A stretch of 64,000 nt of DNA, from assembly GCA_040437565.1 (NCBI GenBank), contig JBDOQK010000016.1, positions 372,001 through 436,000 on the forward strand. The letters run 5' to 3'. The notes beneath the pieces were generated by a model. That model saw only the letters and a program-made list of their open reading frames with translations, did no database searches and was not told where the DNA came from. This stretch comes from Albugo candida. Lineage: Eukaryota. Shown here one piece after another: positions 11,411 through 22,849 of the stretch (position 1 is the stretch's first letter; each line of letters begins with the position of its first letter). Position numbers and translations under genes: made by a program.

Positions 11411-13586
11411 TATTTACTTTTCTCCCCAAAAGATGTATGCTCTTAGTGTATAGCGACAAGTCCTACTTCAAACTTGACGATGTTACAATTTGAACCACGC
11501 TTTATACAGAGTACCAATTTATATGGGATCGCTTTTTGATCGGTTTTATCCGTACAAATTTCAACTGTACGGATCATTGAGAGTCATTTCGTTTTCTACT
11601 ACTTAGAGCCATTCGCTCCAGTCCCTTATTTGCTTAACTTGCTCGTATACGCTGACATTCTCTCCGTCTTCCTCAGTGTGAAAAGATTCCAAATTCTTAT
11701 ATTCGTCTTCGTTGTTGGATCATCTACGTGCCATATCGGATTTTCTGCATGAAATCCTGATTTTGCTATATGTTTGCGTACTAAATAAATGTTTCTTCCA
11801 AAGTCGACATTCCCATCCGATGTGATCGAATATCTTGTCGAAGCGTTGTACTTGAGACTTCAAGTTTTACACTTTTGAAATTTTGTTTCATAGTTCCTTG
11901 GTGGCATCGTAGACATTTCTTCGTTTCTTGATGATACACCTTCTTGCGCTCATGCATTACCTCCCCTATTACTGTAAGCGATCCCATCGTCATCCACATT
12001 GATGATAGCGATGATATCCATAGTATTTTGGTCTCCTGCTTGGCCCTTCACTTGAATGATGGCGCTTTTAGAGGCTCTGTCCCCACTTCAACTTTGTATT
12101 TATTGGTCCTGACACCGACTCTCCATTTATCTTCCACTGATTGATCACATGCTGCATAATACATGTCCAAAACCACGATGTCTCAGCTCCGGTTCGCTCT
12201 CCACCATATGTTTATTGTCTTTTCAGAAACAGCGTAACACTGTCCTACCTATCAAAAGTCACTGGCCTTCCGTCAATTTCGACGGAATTCATTCATGTTA
12301 TCTGCACTATAATACCACTTGCAAATCGATGAAGAAAGCGAAAACAGATTCTTCCTCACTTGAATTCATCATCTTTGTTCGCAAATATCGCCTTCACTTT
12401 GACGAAGGCTGCCTAATCTGTATCGTGTATAGCTTGTTTGCTCAGTGCTAGCGGTAGATAGTATCACCAGCCCCCAACTCTTCACTCTCTCTCGACCCAC
12501 AGCTGAGAGCCATCATGTATCGTTCAAGTGGACAAAGAAGCGCATGGCGGGGTAGAGTTGGCGTATAGAGCCATAGGTGTTGTTGTTAAATTAAGCATGG
12601 TCAAAATATAATCTACCGCTGAGCTTATTGTAGAGCTATCGACGCGCAGCGTGCCATAATACTCTGAACATGGGAAATACTTCTGTTGTGGGAATCTTTG
12701 GGAAAATCGCTGTTGATCACACAGAAATCTTTAGTGCCTGCAAAATGGAGCAATCTGCTGCTTTCAGAGCCTCAAGTAGGCACTGACTCATCGTGTATGC
12801 AGACTGTGATATAGTGACAGATACAAGACGAAACGTCAATGTCATTTTTAGCGAGACTATTGCGAGTGCGCTGACATCTCCTCGTTTGCAGCCAATTGTT
12901 GCAAATCTCTTTTTAACATCAAACACCAGTGCTGTGCGAGCTAAATACTCACATGATCCCACGCGGAAATTCCGATATCACATAAAAAGCGACAATAGTT
13001 CGATAGTCGCGGTCAGGGAACTACGCCAATGTTTCAGCGAGACATATCTCAAAGATTTCAAGTGGGTCACCCATGAGCGGCTTACAGTTTGTACAGCTTG
13101 ATCTTCGGCCAACAGCTTCAGGCCTAGCGTAAAATTGAATATCTTCGCGGATTTTTAGCGTGAAGCCACTCACTCAGCCACCTTATCAGTTTTGATATTT
13201 CAAGTCAGAAGATGCAAGTGCAGGATGGAGTTCAAACAGCTTGATTAACTGTTCATATTCACCTTCTGAGACTTTCGGTGAATTTTCGAGATAGATAGAA
13301 CGTTTGACATGTGCGTTACTGATTCAAAGCCAGAAAATTGACTGAAGCTTGCAAATATTGCAATATGTGACAATGATGGCGCTCAATGCAAACACATGGA
13401 AAAGAGAACTCAGTAAGAGCATACACTCACGTCGAAACTGGGAACAATCTTAAATCATGCTGCAATATATTAGAACCTTATCGTGTCTGACAAAGGAATC
13501 CTTCCACGTTCAAATTCTTTCGATAAATTCGCATACTCCACGAACAGCAAGCTGGTACACGCGTGTACAGATCCTTTTCCGACTTC

Positions 13587-14846
13587 TTATAAATACTTTT
13601 TAGAGAATTTGTATTTTCTCTTCTGCTCCGTTGTATCGATTACGATGAAATTGGACAAAAAAAATGAAGTACCGAATAACCATTTACCATCCGAGCTTGG
13701 AAGGATGTCAACAAAACACGTCTTTCCCTCTTGGCGCACATATTGTTCGATGGAAAGTGTGCACTCATCCTTGAATGAAAGCCTGATTGGAGCGAGCCCC
13801 AAATTGTCATGGTAATTCTTGGGGTTTTCGCAACCTCTGACATAATAATCACCCTGCTTTGTGAGTCCGCGCTTTTTTAAAGTTGATGTAAATAAATTGT
13901 ATATTTCCTCTGGAATCCTTGTCGCAGTCTGTCCAAGGAAAATTTCAGCCTTCTGCTTAAAATGCATCCACCCGCCGAATTCGACTTTCACATCTTGTAA
14001 GCTGTCCTCAGAGATAAATTCGTTTCTGGCCTGACTTATTCCGACATCCGTAATGTCTCCTAGATAAAGAATTGGAGTTATAAGCCATGTGATAGAGTAT
14101 ATACCGCCAGTTGTTGTGATCAAAACTTCGAGATCGAGCATACTTTCCACAGATCCTTTTGTCAGCTTCTTTCTCTGCTTTAAGTCTTCAATGGACGAGC
14201 GTGGTAATGCCCAACCGATATCATATGGAGCCAAGTCCCTTAGTTCGACATGCTTCAACACGTTGGCAATATTATTTAATTCTCTCGGATCCTTCGGATT
14301 CGAACGGCGCCTGACCGACCTATCCATGCTGAAGTAATCTTCTATGATGGACACATGATTGTTTTTTTTGCCATTTGTTTCTCCAGATCTTTCACAAATG
14401 AGACAAGGCTTGACGGTGATTTCATCGCTTTTCTTGCTCCAGAACGGTAAAATATGATTGTCATTCGATACTTTTATCTTAAATCGTTTGCAACCTTCCT
14501 CAATATATTGGATCACTTTACCCTGAATAGCCCCACTACAGAGAGTTAGAGCGTTGATAGGATCATTAAACGGCGTCACTGGCAGTATTGACGTGCTTGG
14601 CGGGAGTATGCGAAAGACCATCAGGAAACGATCATCGGGACTTTCAGAAGCTTTGACATCTAGGTCGAAAGGCTCTATACGTACTAAATGAACGTTCACC
14701 GACCAGGGAAATAGCTGGTCCGGCGAATATGGATCTGTGTGTACTTCCAAATGCATGTAGTGCAACATGATGTTATGGAATTTGTTGTTCGCGTCAAGTA
14801 CACCAAGCATTGCGAAAAAACCACTTTTGAATATAGTTGCCTTCAT
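13587..14846 (-). CDS. Putative secreted 419-aa protein with divergent pepsin-like (A1) aspartic-protease C-terminal lobe
   Basis: Weak signal-peptide-like start MKATIFKSGFFAMLGVLDA. The C-terminus YYVRGC...LSIEQYV...CFVDI...WLFGTSFFLSNFIVID...YKFSK parallels the pepsin C-terminus. No DTG/DSG motif. Confidence 0.6.
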   Translation of the reverse strand: MKATIFKSGFFAMLGVLDANNKFHNIMLHYMHLEVHTDPYSPDQLFPWSVNVHLVRIEPFDLDVKASESPDDRFLMVFRILPPSTSILPVTPFNDPINALTLCSGAIQGKVIQYIEEGCKRFKIKVSNDNHILPFWSKKSDEITVKPCLICERSGETNGKKNNHVSIIEDYFSMDRSVRRRSNPKDPRELNNIANVLKHVELRDLAPYDIGWALPRSSIEDLKQRKKLTKGSVESMLDLEVLITTTGGIYSITWLITPILYLGDITDVGISQARNEFISEDSLQDVKVEFGGWMHFKQKAEIFLGQTATRIPEEIYNLFTSTLKKRGLTKQGDYYVRGCENPKNYHDNLGLAPIRLSFKDECTLSIEQYVRQEGKTCFVDILPSSDGKWLFGTSFFLSNFIVIDTTEQKRKYKFSKKYL

Positions 14847-15809
14847 CGTGTGCTAGTGTTGTCAGTTTATTGAATTATGTGAAATTGCTTCATGGCTGAT
14901 ATACTCGAACTAGATCTTCAAAGCTCAGGCGCGCCTGCAAATCAAGATAGGACGCTCATGTGTATTGGACAAAAACATTTCGATTACCAATTTCGAAGCA
15001 AATATCACAACGGTCTTCCTCCAGACTGTGGGACATAGATGAAAGGTAAATAATGACGTGTTCTATTTCGCTAGCTAAAAGGATTGGGAAATTTTGAGTG
15101 CATAGTATGTACGAGGTTTGTATTTATGGAAATGCATCTAAAATAGAAGTGAAACGCACAATGTGCATTTTCCATCAAGTAAGCACTTGAGCAACTTCGA
15201 ATGTTGACCGAACTTTACATATCGTCGTGACACGTGTACGCAAGAAACTTATGATATAGAATACACGTTCTTCAGTATGATTGGAGTGAAAATACTGAAT
15301 TTGTTGACCACTTCACATCGCTTCCTCGCTAAAATGCTATAAGTATCGAGTCCTGCGCCCTTTGAAATGACACGTCGAATGACACGTCGAATGACATGCA
15401 TTCGTCTGTGGCTCCTGGCCAATCGAGATATTGCAAAGTTTCCAGATAACCTGCTGACAAGAATACGCTCTGTTTCTTCGCAATACATATCGCTTATTCG
15501 TCGTGTTGCGACCGCCGGTGTACGACAACAACTGTTCATTAAGAGACGCTCGGGGCTTTTTGATATTTATGAGATAATGTTCATGGTGTTGCCATAAAAT
15601 TAGCTGACCTTCATCCAGCGCACCTGTGGTGGCTAACGTATCAAGGTGTGATTCGATACGAATCTGAGAAGGATTGTTGCAAGTATTTGACGGAATTGTG
15701 CCACAAGTGACGTCATTGTAACTACTCGCTTTGCAATCTCTTTGATCTTTGGACACCTTGATGCCGCTCATTTTGCATCACCAGGTCAAACAAGGCTTTA
15801 ATCATAGCC

Positions 15810-16740
15810 GTATATGTCTTCGTGGTCCCTGCCTTACTACTGGCGCTTGGTGCACTCGTGTGGTATCGCCGCAAAAAGCGCAGTATGGAGTATCACCAGC
15901 CTGACATTTGCGACCATCAAAACGTGGTGGAGGACGGATAGTAAGAGTACGTTTAGCCTCTGGAAGGAGAAGCTACTTGGCGTTCACATCCGATACCTCT
16001 CCTTACTTGCGAGAGCCGCATTTTGCTGTCGTGAAACGCGTTGACATCAGTATACCAAGTTGGATAGGAAACATCGAAGTGGCTCGACAGCTCGCTGGCT
16101 TCAGACCGATGAAGGCTCGTACGGTCACACAAGCAACTCCGCAGCTGTGAACGAGTTTCCTCAGCGACGGAGTAGTCTGACTTTGCGTCGTCTAACATCA
16201 AAGAAGCGCTATTGTGCTCACTCGGTGACTCGCGAAAGGATCCTTTGCCGAAGTATGGCTCGCGCATTCAGAAATTGGATTCGCTGCTGACAACACATAT
16301 TACAGTCGACATCCATCTATATTGCTGGATTCATTGCAGAGTAAAATCTACTCACCGGCTTCAATAACTCACGTATAATCCAATGATTGGCGCGGCATGG
16401 GAACAAAAGCTTTCTAAATCTGCATCTTCTGACCGAATATATGAATTGTGGTGATTTGCCTACCGCTCTTCGGCAATGTTGCCGGTCAAACTCAGCTGAA
16501 CTGATGGCAAGGCGCTGTATTGCCTACCAAGCAGTAATAATTACACCAACCAGCTCTCATTACGAAACCGGACCCAATTTTTTCATTCTCTTCCATCTTG
16601 GATAGCTTTGAGCCGTTGTCAGCTAGCGTCCACACGTACTGCACTTTCCAATGCCACATCTTCTGGAAGGCTCGGTTGATGCAGCTCTTCAAATTATGCC
16701 CCACATTTTATTTGCTCGATTTTGGTGTTGAGCTCCTTCT
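15810..16740 (+). pseudogene. Decayed single-TM tyrosine-kinase-like (TKL) kinase
   Basis: TM + basic stop-transfer VVPALLLALGALVWYRRKKR; G-loop LAKGSFAEVWLA (~16230-16265); LHLLTEYMNCGDL (~16420-16460); LLDFG (~16712-16726). These lie in different frames with stops between them. Confidence 0.75.
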
Positions 16741-16850
16741 ATGAAAAAGCTCGATCTCAGCCATTCTTTCCTTCATCCCGTCAAGATAGTAAGGTGACTA
16801 AGATAGCTATAGTTGCATCCCTTCTTTAACATTCAGGCACGAGGTCACTC

Positions 16851-17012
16851 AAGATTATTGGTCTTGTAATTCCAGTACATTTTGATCTTATCTTTACTGG
16901 CGTGCCCCTTGCATTGTATATAAACAGCACGTTGGAGTTTGCAATCATTTTCGGATACGTCTTGTCTACAAGATCATCTGATTGATCCATGATCCATGAT
17001 CCATAATCCAGT
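16851..17012 (+). repeat. ~162 bp direct repeat, copy 2
   Basis: Matches 11254-11410; carries one extra gatccat unit. Confidence 0.95.
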
Positions 17013-18965
17013 GGAATTCATCTTCAACATTCCATAGTCAGTGCAGCTGTCAGATTTTCTACTCATATAAATGATCGCCTAGGCATCGGAACGCTTTGTG
17101 CCTGAGGAGTGTATTATTATCATGCAGCCAAATTCGAGAAGAACTGTTGCTATTACTTAATCAAACCGGAGAAGGTTTGCTCCAATTGCATTTTAAAAAA
17201 TGTGCAATGCATTGTCTCTAAGGAGTTTAAGATAGAACCTAGCTGGAAAGCTTCTCAGGTGACAGCACAATTAGTTGATTTATTGCGCGCTTTCATTCTT
17301 TTACGTTAAAATCTTCGCTGCGTTTTGCAAGATCCCTTCAATTTGATAATTGGCTAATTTACGAGATGTCCCGATATGGTTGGCTAATATCCGAGCTTGA
17401 GAATTCAACCATATTGACTGCAAAAGAGGCTATCACACTCACCCGGAAACCATCTTTTAAGTTTATAGACCATAAGGTTCTTATGTCATGAATGACCCCT
17501 ACACAAGGATGTTTTGTGTATTTTTAAAATTTTGTGTTATATTTAAAAAAAATAAAAATAATAATGAATTTTTCATGTTCTTCGTATATTGAAATATTAG
17601 GACTCAGTGTACAGAATAGAATATTTTTGTGTCATCAACAAAGTGTGAACTGCGAAATAGTCTAATAACGATGAGCTACACGAACAAACGTGAACGCTAA
17701 CTGAACTGAGTGATTGCAAAATAGTTCCCGTCGAAAGTAGCGGGCAGTGCTATCATATTGTCCCTTACCTAGGTGTACGTTAGCATAAACTTAGCCAATC
17801 ATATTAAACTGAGGGGATTTGAACGGTTCCCTTCTTTTATCAATACTTTGGCGAATGTTCTGTGTGGAAGTGTTCATACAATACATACACCAGCCGAACC
17901 GTATCACGTCGACATTGCACAGAATGCGATCTCAACTGGTGATACCTCGAATGTCATGCTTGCCCATATCAAGTGATTCTTCTACTGATATATCTAGTTC
18001 CTACCAGCATAGATTCAGTCTTTTGTTGGAGATATTTCGTTCCAACCAGACTCACGTAGCGCGAAGAAAGTAGAATAGAAACTTCGGCTCGAGTAGGAAA
18101 TGAATATACAAATGCAAGCCTTTTAGATTGGATTAGGAAGTGGGTCATACGACGACCTGCCTAGCAATTACCATAAAAGGCACTAGAGATTCATGTTCGT
18201 AATGCCTTCGCCTTTGTGAACTGCATACTACCGATTGATATCATAGAGTGCTTACTCACATGTACGCGGATGTGCTGGATGTGCACTATTTGCATCTGAC
18301 AAAGTCACATGTTTTCTGACCTGTTCCTGTCTACCAGCACGATGGAAGCTATAAGCTGCTAGTTTACAATTGGACAAACCTGAAATTCGACTCAGCGTTA
18401 ACGTTTGCGCAGGATGCTAGACATTTCCAACTTCTTTGATTACATCAGAAGAGGCAGATGAATTAAGCTCTATCGAGCTCTGACATAGTTTTTAATCTTC
18501 CGTGTTGTATAAACGCTGGGAGAAGAAGGTTGATCTACTTTGTATTCCTGTCTGCAAACTGATCGATCATGCATTAAAACGCGTCCTTTAGCCATGACTT
18601 GGGCTCGTTTGCATCACCTTTTGTCGGTCGAATGATCAGAGATGAATTCCTATCATTTATCTTCAAAGTCACCCAGCTTTATTCCCACGAATTAGCAAGA
18701 CGGACAATTCAACCGAAGACAAAGACACGAGCATTGCAGGAATTGCTGGGTGGCAAAGGATTCCTGTAAATTTGCACAAGCGGAAAGTGTCAGTCATACG
18801 AATTGGCTATCTGATGGAGAAATCATAGAGGTAACTGCACAAACGCATGGCTTGATATTAACATCGACGGCAAAGGTTAAGCTCCGCGTCAAGAATTATA
18901 TCATTCAGAAAACCGCGCTTCTTCTTTTCTCTTTCTCTACCATTGAGATACCTAACCGTATCCGA

Positions 18966-21004
18966 TTACGACCAGAGAGAAACTGAGTCATCATGGTTGC
19001 TGTCCCACATAAACAGATTAGAGCCCCATTTCGTCCCTTCTTCTGGTGGGCAGCCACCATGATAACTCATTGGATCGATATCACCCTCCGGAGTTTGACT
19101 GTAAAAAAGAGCCGCATGGAGGTAACGAGGAGGTAGGGCAAGTCCGGCTGAGCATTCGGGCATTCCTGTTCGGTTGATGTTTTCGTTCTGACTGCGATGT
19201 ATCGAGTACGGAAAAACGGTCTCACCCCCACTCTTGATTTTATCACTCAGATACAAGAATAAGGTCACAAATCTTTGTGGACGGAATTCTTTCACATGGG
19301 CTGGGACTACATAGCGAAGTTGTGGAATATTGGCTCTGACTTCCCAAGACCGGATAACCAGTTCGAAAAATGACGGAAAAGCCACCAATATTTCGTGTAA
19401 AACACGGTTGCGGCCCTTATTGGTGAGGATCCAATTACTCCAGTCTTGATTTGTTATTTCGGCGATGAAATTTAGACTGTAATCCTCCATTATGTACTCC
19501 ATCAATGTCGTTTGATACTGGACACGGAATGACGGATATAGAGCGCCTCCGGGTCGAACATGATCCGGAAGTTTATCTCCAAAGTAAAAAACACGATCTT
19601 TAATCCATCTGATCCAATTGTAAAGGTGTGATAGTCCATCAACATTTTTCTTGGGGAAGGTGTAGTGCAGCTCAGGTAGTCCAACAGCTCGTTCCCACTC
19701 CTTCACGATGAAAGGTAGATACTCTGGCTTGCTGCTTTTCTTCATCAAAATCGACATAATGTCATTAGCTCTCCGCTGAGTATTAGTTTCGATCCATGTC
19801 TTCCATTCCGTAGCGCTTCGTGCAAGAAAGAAATGCGCCAATTCGGCTTTATGAACGAATAGGCGTAATAATTCAATATGGAATCCCGTTGTGTCATTGG
19901 CATTCGGGTAATATCGTCCACCAAATCGAAAGTCTTCAGGAACACGAGGACCTAATTCTCGAATCTTGACGACCGACCACGATACCCAATCGAGAAAATC
20001 TCGATATGTGTATTCAGTCCACTCTTTTGGTTTGAACGACATGCTACTAAACGTATCTAGATGTCGCCGATAGAACTCACCAGCGTTATAGCGAACAAGT
20101 TGTAACCCTTCGATGAATGAAGGCGATGGTAGTCGAGCAACGCGAGCCCCACGATTCTGAAATTTACGAGTAAAGTCACTTTGTGGTAAGTATGATGTAT
20201 GACTCGTCCGAGCGTCATTCACAACGCTTTCTCCCTTCGAACCGATGACTTGAGACCTTCCCAAAGAAGGCGAACCCAACTCAATAAGCTTGGCGCTTTC
20301 ATTTGCAGAGATGAAATACTCCACGTCAAATACTTTAGGAGACAGCCCAACCGTAGTCATAACAACTCCATTTTCGAGATGGTACTTATGGCCCAAACGG
20401 ATGCCAGGCCACACCCAAATCTGATAATCTATCAAGACGTGTACAATTCGATTTGAATTGTTGAATTCGGTAGAGTCTCTATCGGGAATCCTAATTGAGT
20501 ATATAACCGAATTCCATTCTCGACCAAATTCGCATCAGCTCCTAGTGCGTTGGCAGCGAGCTTGGCTGAGGTATGCATACATTCAAATCGCTCATTGTAT
20601 GATACATAATACCCTTTGTTTCGTCCATTCAACATAAAGAAAAATCTGTTGGGTTTCAATGGTTTCTTCATTGCTATCGTTACACGAATTGGCCGATTTG
20701 TATGCATAAGAATTGGTTNNNNNNNNNNNNNNNNNNNNNNNNNNNNNNNNNNNNNNNNNNNNNNNNNNNNNNNNNNNNNNNNNNNNNNNNNNNNNNNNNN
20801 NNNNNNNNNNNNNNNNNNCTTCGCTTTTTGCGTCCATGTCGAACGCCAATTGTATCGTTCTTTTCTCGCCATTCGCTGAAGGATTGTCGTTGTTACTCAG
20901 CGATTCCAAGCTGGGCGACTGTCGATCACAATAAATTGATGAGCAATAAAGCAGGAATCGGCCAAAATTTCGGTAGAAAAGCTTTCTTTTTCGAGTATGA
21001 ACAT
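18966..21004 (-). CDS. Prolyl 4-hydroxylase-like 2OG-Fe(II) dioxygenase with large internal insert; 5' part frameshifted and gapped (possible pseudogene)
   Basis: RTS, EGLQLVRYNAGEFYRRHLD, TLFLYL...GGETVFP, SYHGGCP..GTKW. Apparent frameshift near 20470-20490; N-gap at 20719-20818. Start position uncertain. Confidence 0.8.
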
Positions 21005-21052
21005 GTTTTATTGACTGATTCCCGAGTGAATGGACAATAAACAAATACCGAA

Positions 21053-22785
21053 ATGACGGAAGAAATCATTGATCCTTTCTATGGCGAAACTTTTCTCAAA
21101 ATGCCTTCCACCTCAACGAAAGAAATTGAGCCTTTTACTCAAAGTCTCCGACAAACGCCAAAACATGGACTTCATAATCCTCTCAATAACGCGGAACGGT
21201 GGGATGTCAGCTTTCAGCGAGTCCATAGTTTCATCATCGTTATTGCAGTTATGTTCTTTATGGCGATATATCGCACAAAGCCGCCGCAATGTTACGCGAT
21301 CCCCGAGTCGCTGATTTTTTCACACGACTTATCCAACGAGTCTCACCCAAAAGCTACACGCAAGCTGAGACTGGAGTCATCGTGACGGAAAAATTCTTTG
21401 AGAATTCTGGTGGCGATCAAGTTCGATTTGGCCAAGTCGTTTGGAGCTCCCGGTAATCATGTGGGTCGAACCAGTGTTGGGTACCGATGGCCCTGTGGTC
21501 CTGTGGCGCTGATCACTCCGTTCAATTTCCCTTTTGAAATTCCATTACTACAGAGAGCCTTGAATATGGGCAATAAAGTATTGATCAAATTGATACGAAA
21601 GTCAGTATTGTGATGCAGAAGGCACTACGAATGCTTCATGCTTGTGGCTGCCACCAAGAGATGTGGATTTGATCCATTCGAACGGTCAAGTGATCAATGC
21701 AGTGCTCACTGCTGCAAAGCCGCGAAACACACTTTTACTGGGTAGAGAAACCTATATCTTACTTGGTCATCGTGACAAAATTGTACATTTTCTCCAGTTC
21801 TTCGGCTGTAATTGAGAAGCTCGCACTTGATATGGTCGGTCGAATCAAATTGGAGGATGCAGGATTTGACTGGAAGGTAAACCTTGTGATGTGGCTAGCG
21901 ACTAGATTCTTGACCACGTTTTCTTTTACAGATCCTTGGTCCCGATGTGCATGAGCAAGATTATGTTGCATGGACGTGTGACCAGGTTGGATGACCACAG
22001 CAGTGTATAAACAAAAGTTTTCTCAACTTTTTATGATAGTCTAGATGCTTACGCTTACTCTGGACAAAAGTGCTCAGCTCAGTCAATTCTTTTCGTACAT
22101 AAAAATTGGGTGGATGTCGGTATTGAGGAGAAGCTTGGTCAACTTGACGAGCGTCGAAAGCTGTCTAACCTCACCATTGGACACTTCTGACCTTTACCAC
22201 CGAACGAATGCTTGGTCGCGTCGAGACTCTTTTGAAAATACTCGGTGCCCGTCTGAGTTTTGGAGGAAAGGAACTCGGTTAGGATCATCTTCCTGGTAGG
22301 GACTTTTTCTCATTGAGACTTTGCGTCAGAGAATCATTCGATTTCAAATGTCAATGGTGCGATCCGACCAAAAGCGGTCTTTCTTCCTTTGGGAAAGATT
22401 CTAGAAAAGGAGAACTCCGAATTGGTTACCAGTGACATTTTTGGTCTATTTCAAATTCTTACAAAGTACAGCGACGACCAACTGGATCTAGTTTTGCAAC
22501 TTTTGGAGAAAATGCATGCCCATCTGAATGCGGCTGTCGTGTCGAACGACGATCTGTTTCGACAAAAGGTGTTGGCACGCTCTGTCAATGGCACGACAAA
22601 TGCGGGAATTCGCGCACGAACTACAGGATCCCCGCAAAACCACTGGTTTGGTCCTGCTGGAGATCCTCGAAATCAGGACGCCTGAAGCTATCAAGCTTGT
22701 TTGGTCCTGTCATCGTGAAATTATTCAAGACATTGGACCAATTCCAAAAGCTTGGACGATTCCAGAAGCAACATGGAGACAGTAA
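21053..22785 (+). pseudogene. ALDH12: Delta-1-pyrroline-5-carboxylate dehydrogenase (plant-type ALDH12), 5'-truncated and frameshifted
   Basis: PKHGLHNP, RWPCGPVALITPFNFPFEIP, IKLEDAGFDWK, SVNGTTNAGIRARTTGSPQNHWFGPAGDPR and TPEAIKLVWSCHREII are spread over several frames. Introns are retained. Confidence 0.85.
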
Positions 22786-22849
22786 GAAAATAATCTCTAC
22801 TCAATTTTGAAAGCTAAAAGGCAAGTACATAACCGATCGTTAAAGTTCT

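Noticed and set aside
11420-13400. Coding-like fragments on both strands
   Set aside because: Stops in all frames and no motif; probably decayed genes but not assignable.
15337-15771. 144-aa ORF with CHSTCHSTCH resembling a CHxC motif
   Set aside because: The motif comes from a 12 bp tandem repeat (atgacacgtcga, 15367-15397) at the C-terminus; no signal peptide.
11254-17012. Canonical LTR retrotransposon
   Set aside because: No TG...CA ends, PBS/PPT, or gag, RT or integrase motifs found between the repeats.
17020-18960. Short ORFs and an AT-rich tract
   Set aside because: No recognisable motif or RNA gene.
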